From assembly GCA_030704615.1 (NCBI GenBank), contig CM060732.1, positions 59,520,001 to 59,584,000 of the forward strand: 64,000 nt of DNA. Direction: 5' to 3'. Origin of the DNA: Takakia lepidozioides (Eukaryota; Plantae; Bryophyta). The position numbers and the translations under genes are program-made. Positions within the stretch are counted from its first letter, which is position 1. Every line of letters starts with the position of its first letter. A model generated the notes under the pieces. The model saw nothing but the letters and a program-made list of their open reading frames with translations. It had not been told where the DNA came from and searched no databases. Below, piece by piece: positions 1 through 12,019 of the stretch.

Positions 1-932
1 GGTGTTTCCATGGACAACATGCATTTGGTAGTAGCTACCATGGGAAAACTAATGTTTGCTCAGTTCTTTGAGCTTGTGAACGACTACTATAGCAACGGGT
101 TGCCCTCCAATCTGAGCGGCGGTCCTAACCCAAGTCTAGATTATGGCCTGAAGGGAGGGGAGATAGCTATGGCTTCGTATCTTTCAGAGTTAAATTATTT
201 GGCCAACCCGGTGACTACCCACGTCCAGAGCGCTGAGCAGCACAATCAAGATATCAACTCGCTGGGGCTGGTGTCTGCTCAATCAGGATATCAACTCGCT
301 GGGGCTGGTGTCTGCTCGAAAGACAGAGGAGGCCATCGAGATTTTGAAGCTCATGAGCTCCACTTTTTTGGTGGGTCTCTGCCAGGCTATCGACCTGCGT
401 CATGTTGAGGAGACGATGCAATCAGCTGTCAAACAAATTGTCGCCCAGGTGGCCAAGAAAACACTCATTGCAGGAAATAATGGCGTGCTTCTAACTTCAC
501 GTTTCTGTGAGAAGGATCTCTTGCGAGTGGTGGATCACCAGCCAGTTTTCACCTACATTGATGATGCTTCCAACGAATCTTATCCTCTTATGCAGAAGTT
601 GAGAGAAGTGCTGGTAGCACACTCCCTCAAGAATGCCAAGGGTGAACAGTCTGAAGCCACTTCTGTCTTCCAAAGGATTCCTTTCTTTGAGGAGGAGTTG
701 AAGGCTGGCCTCAGTGCAGAGGTACCTCAAATCCGGGATGCCTACGACATTGAGGGATTCTCTTCAGTCCCAAACTGGATTGAGAACTGCAGAACTTTCC
801 CTCTCTACAAATTTGTGAGGTCAGAATTGGGAACCCAGTTGCTGTCCGGAACTCGTGAGGTATCTCTTGGTCAACAATTTGAGAAGGTCTACACTGCCAT
901 TTCTGAGGGCAAGCTTGTTACCCCCTTGTTCC
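1..932 (+). pseudogene. PAL: Phenylalanine ammonia-lyase, 3' part of CDS; frameshifted and interrupted by a transposon
   Basis: Translation gives hallmark PAL motifs ([45 protein letters not shown]; [17 protein letters not shown]; CQAIDLRH; [17 protein letters not shown]). A 37-bp tandem duplication (243-279/280-316) shifts the frame. The CDS is cut at 932 by an insertion. Confidence 0.97.
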
Positions 933-1165
933 CAACGACGCTACCGCGTGAGCCCGACGCGTGAGCGTACGCTCACACAACGATGACGTGGCGTGAGCCT
1001 ACGCTCACGCTGCTGACATAGCGCTGATGCTGACGTGGCGTGAGCCTGGTCCAGGTCATGCCACGTCACCACAAAGAAGGTGGGCCTATAACCGTGGAGC
1101 CCCCAACTGCTGATTTCACCACATGAAGGTGAAACGGATGAAGGGTTTTGGGCTTTCCTGGAGTT

Positions 1166-1399
1166 CAACCTTCTGTTAACAGGAGCTTTATTTCGTAGAA
1201 CTGAAATGAACCTTGTGTCGACACAAGGGGGATTTGGAGAACTTCAAGTAAACCTCGTGTTAACACGAGGTTGTTTTCCTGGAACAAAAATGAACTTCGT
1301 GTTGACACGATGTTGTTTTCTGAGAACTAAAATCAACCTTGTGTCGACACAAGGGGGATTTGGAGAACTTCAAGTAAACCTCGTGTTGACACGAGGTTG
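1166..1399. repeat. Six copies of a 24-bp palindrome (CAACCTTGYGTYRACRCAAGGTTG-like) at an exact 42-bp period
   Basis: Copies start at 1166, 1208, 1250, 1292, 1334 and 1376; there is a 126-bp higher-order repeat. Confidence 0.93.
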
Positions 1400-1580
1400 A
1401 TTTGATCATCTGTCTATCTGAAGGTAGTTTCTTGTGTTTGCTAATGAAAAGAGAATGACAAACCAATGCGACAAATGCATTGACCCACGCATAGCAAAGA
1501 TGTTAGACGACATACATTGAGAGACACTAGACTTGAACAGTCATTCCATTACAAGTTGTAGTCAAGGAAAACACAGATTT

Positions 1581-4500
1581 TTATGGGGTTGTATCCCGCT
1601 GCAGAAGTGTGTTGACTTCGTTGAAACTCATAGTGGCTTGGTGAATGAAGAAGTCGCGCTTTGGATCACAAACCATCCTTCTCAAGAAGACGAAGTAAAG
1701 GTGTTTGCACGGTATGAACTTCCCTCTCTTTCCCAAACTACTTGAAAGCATACCAACAAAATCAGGACATGTACAATTGGGAAAATTGGAAACAGTGATG
1801 TCGTACGTCCTGTCCTGCAGCGCAGATGCGGATGAGATCATGGTGAAGACCCGACCATACCCTGGATCAGGCACTTCCATTGTTCCCGCAACACGAGCGT
1901 GAAGCATTCTAGCGGACTCAATTTTGCCGTAGTGTTATGCGGTTGGAGGGAATCGTCGATCCAGCTTCCCATTCCGTCTGGTTGGCCACAAGTGAGCGTC
2001 AGGCGGGTGCGATCTCTCGGTGAGTGAGACCTGTGCCCATCTTCATAGGCCACACGGTTGGTGGAGTAGGCTTCCTTACCACGGAAGGCCTCACTGTCCT
2101 ATGCACACATCTCCCACAATCGTCAGCGCAGAACTAGAACTTGTGGTTCTTTGCCTCGCCTTGTCCGTAAGGGAGAAACAAACCCGTGAATGTAGGAGCT
2201 GCAGTGCGTTCTTTCCCTATGGATATTAATGATGTACATTTTTCATGATTGGTGGCCCTAATCGCCGCGCATTTCACACGCGATCCAGCACTTGGGCGTT
2301 CTATATGCCAAACCTCGTCCAAGCCCATGGACTCGATTATATGCGGCACCACGTTCTGGTCTTCAACCATTGCAGTGACAGTGCTTGATGCAGGGGTCCA
2401 CTCTGGGGCAGAGTAGCCCTCACCTGTGGATGTTCCGCAATTCCATCTCTGATCCAAGGGAACACGTGGCGTCGAGAAGTTCACCCTGTCCGCCCTATGG
2501 GAATCTGCATCCGATCCCGGAGGGGTGTCCAATTTCCGTTTGCAAGACCCGAATCTCTCTTTGCCTTCCAGATGGGGAACTCTTCCCACGAGAGGGGTGC
2601 CATCTGCACATATGCTCACGGCCTGCGCTATTTTGCTAGGATCCCCTGATCTTCCAGCTGCCCGCAACATCAACTCGCTCCTATCCGGGCCTTTGCCACC
2701 AAGGCCACCCCTCAAGAATGACCTGTATCTGGTTTGCTGCTGCAGAGCATGAATAAGGTCATCGGCCGTCGCCGCATACAAATCTCTTCTTTTTTTGCCG
2801 GATTGCTGCAACCAGGCATTGTGCACTGTCTCCGCAAGATTGCAAGAAGGCATGTCCGCCATCTCCTCAATGGACATATGCTGCAAGGCAAAAAAACACA
2901 AAACCGATATAAGGATTGGACCATGAAACATATATCCGAAGCACCCAAACGAAGGTGAATGCAAACCACTCACCGTTGTCATGGCCGCTCCCCACTGTCG
3001 GTAACGGAAGTGCCAAAATGCGAACCAATCTTGCAGTGCCCTCATGCTGTCCTCCGATGCCGCTCCAGATGAGTACCACCAGGCACGAATTGTCTGGAAC
3101 AATGTATTCGCTTCCCCCATAGTTTTGGCGTCTTTGTACTGTTTGCACAGTTGACGATGCATAGTCTGCATATCTGGCTTGATGTATGTCTTTGTGTGTT
3201 TGTCCAGGGATTGTGTCCAATGGAAAAGACACGTACGTTCTCTTCCAGGCATTGGCACTTTTGGATCTCCCGTCCCGAACACAATGCAGACAGCGTTGAA
3301 GTTAGCTTGAGCACTATCGGCCATGAAACCAACGAAATTGGGAGATGGGAGACCATTGGAGGCCATAACACGAATGAGAGCTTCCCACATGAGCTGTTGT
3401 GAATCTGTGTCCTCTGACTGCATGTCACACACTGCAATTGTCATGACCCGCTGGTACACAGGGTCGTAAACATGACATGCCATTGTGGTCCAGTCTTTAA
3501 CCCTCTTGACATGATCGAACATAAGGAAGCAATTGCCAAGATTGCCACCCTTCTGCATACGTTTAACCAGGCTGACCCCGCTGCCCTCACATTTTGTGGA
3601 CATTTTGAACAAGAACACTTTCCTGGCTCCTTGTCCCGGGAAAACGCTGTCTTGGATGTAGTCGTACATGCTCCTTTTCTTCAAATCCATAATATTGTCC
3701 ATATAACCTCGGCTCCCAGAGCCCATTCTTAAAGCGTTCACCTGATTCCTAATGTTTGGAGAAGTCAAAGTTGAGAAATGGTCCATAACAGTGTCCAAAG
3801 CTGGTCCCTCCAGTATTCCTCCAACCGAATTTGATGCACACAGAATACGGGACTTGCTCGCCCCCATGGCAATTGCAGATGTGGTTCCAGTTGGATTGGT
3901 ATCCAACTCTTGCCTTATCAGACGCGAGACTGTGTCAACGCTCTCCCTATAATCCCCCTTGGACACAGGGTGGTTGTGAAAACCGAAATGAACACAGGCT
4001 CTAGTTAGGGTTTTGAATCGATGCACCACATTATACATTTTGGCGCCACACAAAGCAAGGCAGCAAGGTGGTACCCTACAGAACTTGCACACAAAAGTGT
4101 TATTGTATGGTGGTGTCACCCCAGGCACCCGTGAACCGCTTCTACTTGAAGCACTTTCACGTGCAGTGGAATGTCTGGCTAGGGAGAAACCTGCCTCTTC
4201 CAGAATGGATTCTCACTGACACCATCCCATTCGCTTTGGTTTTGCACACCTGATAATGCGAAGTGTCTGCATTTCATGTTCTCGCATTTCAGGTGCCCAT
4301 TACAGACTGTTCGCCTGAATATGAGTTTGTCGTTGTTGTGAATATTGGAGGTTTTTGTGCGGCACCAAGGGTGCCCATCGTGCTTTTTGTCCATTCCTTC
4401 CAGGAGACTGGAAATGCCCCCCACGCGACCAAGAGGAGGCAGCTCAAAAACAGTATTACCATCAAAAGATTCCGGCAAGAATGCCACCCTTTGAATATTG

Positions 4501-5062
4501 AAAGTGCTCCAGTCTATCCCCCTCAACTCACTCTTGAATCCTGCCATCCCACCCATGGCTTTCAGTTTAGGAATGACACTGGTGATCACCTCCACATCTG
4601 CTTCTACATGTGGACATGGCTGATCCACGGGCGGTATTGCACATGTGTCATCGGAGGATGAGTCCGAAAGCTCAACCACAGTGTTAACGCTACTCGTCTC
4701 CTTCTTGACAACCACGGGTGTTTTCTCCTGGGCCATTGATGCTGCCGTGCCAGGAGTTACGAACGATCCTGCAGACTGTCTCAGAGGAGCACTAAGCACC
4801 CTGTATCTGCCTGGAGGCAATCTCCATTGTGTGGTTGGTGCAGTATGCGAAGGTTTCTGGAACGCGTACTTGACCAGTTTTCCATTGACATCGTACCTTC
4901 CCTCTGAACGAATAGACTTCCATTTTCAGACCGAAACTGCGTTGCAAGGACGAGTTCATGCACCACCGCAAAAACATCATCTTCCACCTCATAAGAAAAT
5001 GGCACAGGGTGGTCCTCACTGAAGAAGTCCGCGTCAAGGGAGCCCATGGCCTGGGAGGCCAT
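1581..5062 (-). pseudogene. MULE-family DDE transposase with N-terminal GCM/WRKY-like zinc domain and C-terminal SWIM finger (degraded copy)
   Basis: Motifs KHDGHPW…C-x4-C…CVHFGFHNH; MFDHVKR; FMADSAQANFNAV; CLFHW (MULE CxxH); NLAETVHNAW (catalytic E); SWIM CTCPDF…CKHLYFV. In-frame 93-bp intron at 2881-2973. Lesions: frameshift near 4900, ~71-bp insertion 4129-4199, TGG>TAG at 2134. Confidence 0.85.
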
Positions 5063-6145
5063 ATGTCGATGTTGCTTCAGAAAGTAGAGTTCACAGTCCG
5101 ATGGTGCTTCTGAATGCAGGTTGTGTGGGAGCGGAGTTTTTGGCGTCCTCACACACAATTGCAAGTATCGCTCCGGCTTGCAGATCTCCTAATCCTAGAA
5201 TCCAACTGTTTTTTCACAAGTGCCCCACCAGTGCATTAGTTGACAGATTGACTAACAGATCCGCCATTTGGTTGTCATGTCAGAGAGTCCAGAAGAGATG
5301 CCCATTTCCATTTAATTTTAACGGCACCTGCACCGCTGTACAACTGTACATACTTCACATTCCTCTGGAACATCCCAGAAGATATTACCCAATAATGAAC
5401 TTTTTCAGATGAGAGGTGATTAGACCCCAACGAATTTTGGATGGATGAGGATCCAATGATCTCCGCCGATATTCAGAACAATTATATGGACACGTGTTCG
5501 CCATGCATGTGGAACGAGTCAGTGGCGCACTGAACGTTGCAAGCGAACACCTTGGCGTTGAAGTCCTTGCGATGAACCTCCGATAGTCCTCTTTTTTCCC
5601 TCTTCTCCTTATTGTCTTTGCAACCCTGGATTCTGCAGAGACGGTGACCCCATTCCGAGGGAGAAGCAAGCGTCGAAGAACACTTTATTTCACATCAAAC
5701 AAGCAAAGGGCACGCGGTAAGGAGAGGATGAGAAAGGCGAGACGGGAACTTAGAATGGGAGAAGAAACCTCCGGCGTAGAGGAAGACGAAGGGCAAAACA
5801 AGATAACCACAGTGTGGAGAGGAAGGTCTTGAAGTGATCCCGGAGGCGACCGATGAGCAACCTCCAATAGAAGGGGGGGAGGACGAGGAAGTGAGCTGGG
5901 CTCGGGAGAAAGCACTGCGAGTGGAGAACCAGGTCTTCAAAGAGCAGGGAGAACAAACGGACGCGGAAACGCTGTCGTCTGCCCTTGTTTCGCACCACCG
6001 GGACCTCCTTGGAAGCATGCTACCTCCAGACCCCATGGAAAAATTGAATGCGACAGGAGCATCATCAAGTGCAAAGAAGAATCCGGAGGTGGCTATGAAC
6101 TCGCTTTTTCTCTCTCTGTTGTCTGTCTGGTTCATGCTAAGCATT

Positions 6146-6670
6146 GAGGTCGACATCAACCTTGCGTCAACGCAAGGTTGAAGTCGACCTCCTAAGTATA
6201 TATGTTGGGCATCAAAACAGTGCAGATGCTGCACTACAATCAAGCTAGACAGACATGGATGCTTGCGACGTATCATCAATTGTAAAGAAGAAGCAGAGAG
6301 AGCAATCTCCTTTTCCTGTAGATATTTTGTTTGTTGAACCCCGATCCGAGAGCTCGCAATCAACCTTGCGTCAACGCAAGGTTGATGCCGACCTCTATAG
6401 TGTATGTTTAGAACTTCTGGTGAAACGAACAGATGCCGCACATGAATCAACCTTGCGTTGGCACAAGGCTGGTTTTGATGCCTTTTTTGTTCAATCGAAG
6501 CGTCCGAACTCTCATACCGTGGACTGTAAGGTAGGGAAAGTTGATTATTTGAAGCTCCCAAAAGAACCCTGCGTCAACGCAAAGCATTTTTTGGGTTCAA
6601 AAGTCTTTCCTTTATGCTTTTCAGTCTAAACTACATCCCCATCAATCAACCTTGCGTCAAAGCAAGGTTG
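6146..6670. repeat. Five intronic copies of palindrome CAACCTTGCGTCAACGCAAGGTTG
   Basis: Copies at 6157, 6361, 6448, 6564 and 6647. The first extends to a ~46-bp hairpin (6146-6191). Confidence 0.92.
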
Positions 6671-8553
6671 ATCCATCGGAGCTCAATCTGTCACTCACAG
6701 AGTATTCATTGTGTGCAGAGCAAAAGAAAAAGGAAATCCGAGGGGGAAGATTTGGCCGCGTCAGAAGGTGAAGGTGAGGAAGACTCATTGGAGGGACACT
6801 ATGAAGACAAGGCCGAGGAAATAATGGGTGGGCAAAAAGTGAACTCGTCGAAGGTGATTCTGTCGATGGAGGTTCCCGGCGGAAACCTGGTCATTCCGCT
6901 GTGCAGGATGATCTCCATGCCCGCTGTTCGACCGGCATTGAGGAATGATATAACGAAGTTGAAGAACGACTTTGTTCACGGATATGTCAAGGGATCAGCA
7001 GTGTTCTACGTATCCACTATGAACACGAAAGGAGAGGAGTGTCTTGTAACAGAGGACATTGAGCAAAGTTGGGATGCATGCTGGCGGGATGTAAACAGGG
7101 AGTTCGAGTTTAAGCTGTCCAAAAAGGCCTCCACAAAAGCATTCATGGGAAAGATGTTTTTTGTCTGGGATGGGAACCACAGACTGCTTGCCTGGATGGA
7201 TTACATTTCAAGCTTGCACTCGGACGAGATCGAATGGCACTGGAGCGTGGTTTCCATGGTTCTCAATCACAAAGGACGTGTCACGCAGCTCTTGACAGCC
7301 ATGCACGACATAAACAAGTAAGTTTCCAACTTTGTGTCTGTTCCGCGTTTCGACAATTTGAAATCATCTTATGAGTTGAAGGTTTTTCCAGGTCCAATGA
7401 AACATCTCATGTGACGACCAATCTGTGCCACACTCTATTCCGCATCTAGAAGGTAGGGCTGATGCCACTGGAGTCATTCACGAACGTGCTCAGTCCTCAG
7501 CAGATGAAGAGGTGTGCTGAGAAGAAGACAAGCACATGGTACAGCTTGACAAGGGAGGCTTTTCTTGACTACATGTACACTGTAAGCTTCTTGACACGTG
7601 TTTGCCTGTTGTTACTGCAAATTTTGTGAAGAAACACCAGTGTTTGATTTTTTTTACCTGTAATGTATGCAGCAAGAAATAGCAGAAACTGGTTTGAAGG
7701 CGAAAGCAAAGTACTATGATTCCCACACAGAAGAGCAGCGGTCTGCAACTGGGCTTGAGGACATGATGAAGTTCGAGATGAATAATCAAAGGAAGAACCT
7801 CATGAGTGCATTCGACAAACAAATCCGGATAGCAGATCCAGGTCTTGGCACGGAATTTCTGGAGCAGGTGAAAGCACACTATGACAAGTATGGCTCCAAG
7901 CCAGAAATGACTCAAGAGAAACTACATCGCCTTTCCATTTCAATGGTGGACAATGCAACCAAAATCAGGTGGTTGGAGATATGGAATTCGGATCCTCTTG
8001 TGAGAGACACGAACATGTTCCCAACTCTAGAGAGGGACCCGAAGACACAAGCAATAAAAGTTGTTAGCGACCACACATTCGACCAGTGGCTACACAAAGC
8101 CACATTCTGGAGCCAGGTAAGGTTTCCACCAAACCATTTTCAGACATTTGTGTTGCTCCGTAACCTCTCCCAAATTCTCATGAGCTTTCTTGTTGCAGTT
8201 GGAAAAACGTGCAGTGGCTGCACTTGCTGAGTCGATGGCAGACTATAAAATCCAGATGGCTTGCCCCCGGATCACACTGGAGGCCTACATCAGGAGATGG
8301 AAGCTCGCTATCTGGAAAAACTGCTTCTTCAGGGAGTTTGAGAAAGACAAAGGAATCTCCAGGTCGTACGAATTCAAAAACCAGTACAACAGCGAGCAAG
8401 CAATGAAACGAGTGTTGTACAGGTGTGACCTCCTTGAATCAAATTTGGTACTTGAAGGGTATGTTTCTGCATTCTTGTGTTGTTCTTTCCATAAAGAATT
8501 GCGAATTTGCAGGGCTTTGAGGGATCTCTGAGGGCTCTGCATGTGCAGTCGAG

Positions 8554-9176
8554 CAACATTGCGTTAACGCAAGGTTGTATCCCATTGTCCCGGTTTCAGT
8601 TACCTATACCAGGGTATCCCATAATGCCGTTTTTCTGCATGTGAAAGGGGATAAACTGACAGGAAAATCAGCCTTGCGTCAACGCAAGGTTGATGAAGTG
8701 GCAGGCTATGTAGCTTTTCCTGTGGTTTTGGGTAGTTCAAATCCAGTTCCAATGCTGCCAAGATGAACATAAGACTGTTTGGAGTCTGTTTGAAATGCTA
8801 TTTACAGCTTTCACTGTACCAACAAACAGACTTGTGTTGACGCAACGTTGTTTGGCGGTATGGATTGCTGGAAATGTCCCGCAGCAATCTCCCGATTTCC
8901 ATACAATTGTAGGAAACTTATGATTATCAGATACCATTGACATGTGTTTCAACAGAGGATTTCAACATTGCGCCAACGCAATGTTGAATATCCACACCAG
9001 TACATAGTCACATGGTAGTTTTCAAGTAGTGTTTTCCATTTCCTCTGTGAATGAAAACAACCTTGCTTTGAAGCAATGTTGAATTGCGCTTGTCAGTCGT
9101 TGTCTCTATCAATACAACATTATCATTTGGTGTTTCCCATTTTTGCTCAAATCAACATTGCGTCAACGCAAGGTTG
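8554..9176. repeat. Six intronic copies of the same 24-bp palindrome
   Basis: Copies at 8554, 8669, 8827, 8963, 9058 and 9153. Confidence 0.92.
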
Positions 9177-11864
9177 ATTCGGGATTGCAAAAGTTCATTT
9201 ATGAGTGTTGCCTTCCTGCATTTCAATATCTTTTTCCGGATGTGTGTTCTTTTTCATTTTCAGATCGAATGACTGTCTGGGTTTTTGGTGTGTGATTCAG
9301 GTATATGTATCATATCCTCATACCGGGAAAGTACCTTAGCGATGACCCAGACTTCATCTATTCGTGGGCTGACCCCTCCAATGACAAGACAATGTACACG
9401 GCTGGTATTGCCAGAGACTGGAGCAGGGTGCACTTCAGAGACTGTGGGTGGTACCTCGACCTGCCAAAACAGGACACACCATTCGATGAAGTTGTTTTGA
9501 GAAACCTGAACGACAATGCCGCAGCAATTGCCCCATTGGCTGACAAAGACATCCAGGACAGAATCATTTCTGCTCTGGCTGCAAAAGAGCCCGAGAAAAC
9601 TGCTACTCCAAAACGAAAGGGGAAGATTGTCGGGGATCCGAAGTGCAGCTCCGCAAGGACAGGGACCGTCAGAGGTTCCTGAAAGACAGCCTTCTCCCAC
9701 AAGGAGGGATAGGAGAACATCAAAGCCGAGGGAGCAAGTTTTCGAGGCGAGAGAACATCCCTCCAGGGTTTTGGGCCAGTTCAATCGTAAGGTGCTGAAT
9801 GAAAGTTTTCTTGCAATGATGGAGTCCAGGAAGTCCACATTCGAAGGGGTGCCCTCGAAATCATGGGACATGCTTGTTTCGTTCCTCACTCAGGTAAGCA
9901 CTTATGTCTAAACTGCTGTATGAATAATTGTGTTTTAGCAACTTGTTGTGGCTTGTCCAGGGGATTGATCTCCTGTTAGATTTGGATTGGGCTTCTTACA
10001 CTGTCTCCTGTTTTTTGCTGTAGGTCACAAAAAGTCCGGAATGGGTGAATGGAGTTTAACAGGCATACGCGACTGACCTTGTGGTGCTGGACATTCCTGA
10101 CGGTTTTCCTGTCCCTGATGTGTTCCCTTCCAATTCGACCCCGACTTGGAACAAATCGGATTCTCGTTACTGGCAGTGGGCTTTCTCGTTCAGCAACAAA
10201 TTCCTTTCGGACTCGGGGGCTCTTCTTCTCATGCAGTCAAAGGACATGTCGGCTCGAAGAACTCTTTTCAGCTACATGAAAGCTTCCGGGTTTCGTGTCA
10301 TCAAAACTTGGACATGCATCAATACTCTGCCTCTTACGAAGGGCGAGTTCCCGGGGCAGAAAGTGAGTTGGTTCCTTTCAATTGATGTTTCGTGGTTTTT
10401 CGGTAAATCAAAATGGTGGGTTATGTCTTCTGTCTCATGCTCTCTTCGTGATTATTGACAGACACAGGTGTTCGAAGCTTTGTGCCTGGTGAGGCAGAAG
10501 GACACTCTTCCTCCTGGTGTTGTTGAGTTTCAGTTGAGGGACCTTGCAGCTCACATTGACCCCACCTGCGAGCCTGTGGAGGATGATGTTATCTTCAATT
10601 ACGTCGACTCGGGTCGAACTATGAAAAGGTCGATTGGTGTCCCTTGGAGAGGTGCACGGGAGAAATCTCCAGCTTTCATGCAGACTTTGGTAGAGACATG
10701 CAGCCGTCATGGTGGACGAGTGGTTGACTTGTCTATGGGCACAGGTGGGGCCCTTCACATTGTGTTTGACATATGGGCAGTGACCTTAGGGAAACCCTGT
10801 TTTTATTTCTCATTCTTCTTGGATTTGCAGGAGCATGTTTTCATGCTTGCAAGAGCGCCGGAAGGCACTTCTTCGGCATGGAAGCTGATACGGAGCTCTT
10901 CTCAAGCGAGCTTCGTCAGCTTGAGTCGGGCACTACTTCTGCCCCATCCACAGAGGGACTTCTGGAGGAGCCCGAAGCGCCTGACGAGGATCTGGACGTG
11001 GACTCCGATTTTGAGTGTGAGTAAGTCTTCTGTAGTCGTGCAAAATATGTTGCATTTCCTTGTGTCGTTCCCGTTCGACAAATAGTGGCTTACATTGTCT
11101 ATATCTGGATGTTAACATCTACCACCATTCCTCTTCTTGCTTTTCAGAGTTCGGCACCAATCATCGAATCAGCAGACACCTTTCGGTTTCCAAGGATACT
11201 ACATGTCCCCGAGTCCCCCTAGATCCAACCGCTTGTCGGTTTACGCGGAAGCTTGCTCACGGGTGTTATCCGAACAAACACTGTATTCGCATCTCCATGA
11301 AGGTCGTGGAAAAAAAAAACGTCATGGATGTGCTGCTGTATTCATAGATGATATTGCTGTAAACTCTGGAAGTGGTTCCTCTGAAACCTCCAATATTTCT
11401 TTAGGTTCAAGTACCGAGGCTCAATAAATTGTGTTTTGGTTTTGCTTCCATCCCCAAACTGTTTTTCAAGTTCTTTGCGCGTTCCCGTAAGTACAGTTAG
11501 GGATTGCCTAGGGTAGGTCTTCGGATTGCGGAATTGAAAAATGTTTGTGTGTTGGAATGAATGTACTGCTTTGCCAAAAAAAAATGTTTGCTTTTAATAT
11601 TCAGTTCTCTAGTGGGCGATCTCCTCATTCCAAAGTCATGACCTCAATCATAATTCATCCGCAAACCTGCCATTGTTCTCGGCCACAAAAAATATTCATG
11701 TGGGGGCAATGAAGAGGGATAAAAAATTAGGACATAGGCGACAGCTGATCCGCGGTAATAGGGGGGGGGGGGCACGGAAATAGGGCCTGAACACGTGGAT
11801 GCTTGCTGACGTGGTGTGAGCCTAGCCAGGCTCACGCGGCCAGGCTCACCCGCAAGCATTCCCC

Positions 11865-11923
11865 CCTTGTTCCAGTGCATAGAAGGGTGGACTGGGACCC
11901 CCGGGCCCTTCCCGCAATGCTAA
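11865..11923 (+). pseudogene. PAL: Displaced C-terminal end of the PAL CDS (…PLFQCIEGWTGTPGPFPQC*)
   Basis: Removing 933-11864 and one TSD copy restores in-frame KLVTPLFQCIEGWTGTPGPFPQC-stop (TAA 11921-11923), a typical PAL C-terminus. Confidence 0.93.
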
Positions 11924-12019
11924 TACTAGGAATTTAATTGAACTGTCCAGAATATAAGTTCACTTACTCAAGAGTGCTTGCTAAAAACCCTGGGGCAAGA
12001 GGAATTACTTAGTTATAGT

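Larger units (their letters stand above)
5834..11427 (+). pseudogene. Multi-exon cargo gene: ParB/Srx-like domain + helical region + beta-class N6A/N4C DNA methyltransferase-like domain (premature stops in this copy)
   Basis: Approximate exons 5834-6088, 6719-7317, 7392-7581, 7673-8116, 8199-8458, 9264-9893, 10025-10361, 10462-10743, 10830-11018, 11149-11427, mostly with GT-AG borders. ParB-like FFVWDGNHRLLAW…AMHDIN. MTase motif IV-like DLVVLDIPDG followed by motifs X-I-II EKSPAFMQTLVETCSRHGGRVVDLSMGTG/ACFHACKSAGRHFFGMEAD. Stops e.g. TAG 7447. True start uncertain. Confidence 0.75.
933..11864. mobile_element. Element A: 10.9-kb Mutator-like (non-TIR) DNA transposon carrying a transposase and a ParB-methyltransferase cargo gene
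   Basis: Flanked by direct repeat CCTTGTTCC (924-932 and 11865-11873; up to 12 bp if the C-run is counted). Splits the PAL CDS. Both ends carry N7-GCT(A/T)-N4-GTGAGC plus clustered GTGAGC/GCTCAC motifs. Encodes a MULE-type transposase. Confidence 0.92.

Noticed and set aside
921-932. Unusually long 12-bp TSD
   Set aside because: The extra 3 bp come from a C-run; comparison with the element B terminus indicates the element ends in CCCC, leaving a 9-bp TSD.
1166-1399. CRISPR-like array (24-bp palindromic repeats with spacers)
   Set aside because: Spacers are only 18 bp and themselves duplicated (126-bp higher-order unit); there are no cas genes; the context is an intron-containing eukaryotic transposon.
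5695-6561. 288-aa minus-strand ORF with repeated QPCVDARL
   Set aside because: The repeat is just the translated DNA palindrome; it is antisense to the cargo gene and has no recognisable domain.
5834-11427. Bacterial/phage contamination as the source of ParB-MTase
   Set aside because: The gene has multiple GT-AG introns and sits inside a TSD-flanked insertion in a plant PAL gene.
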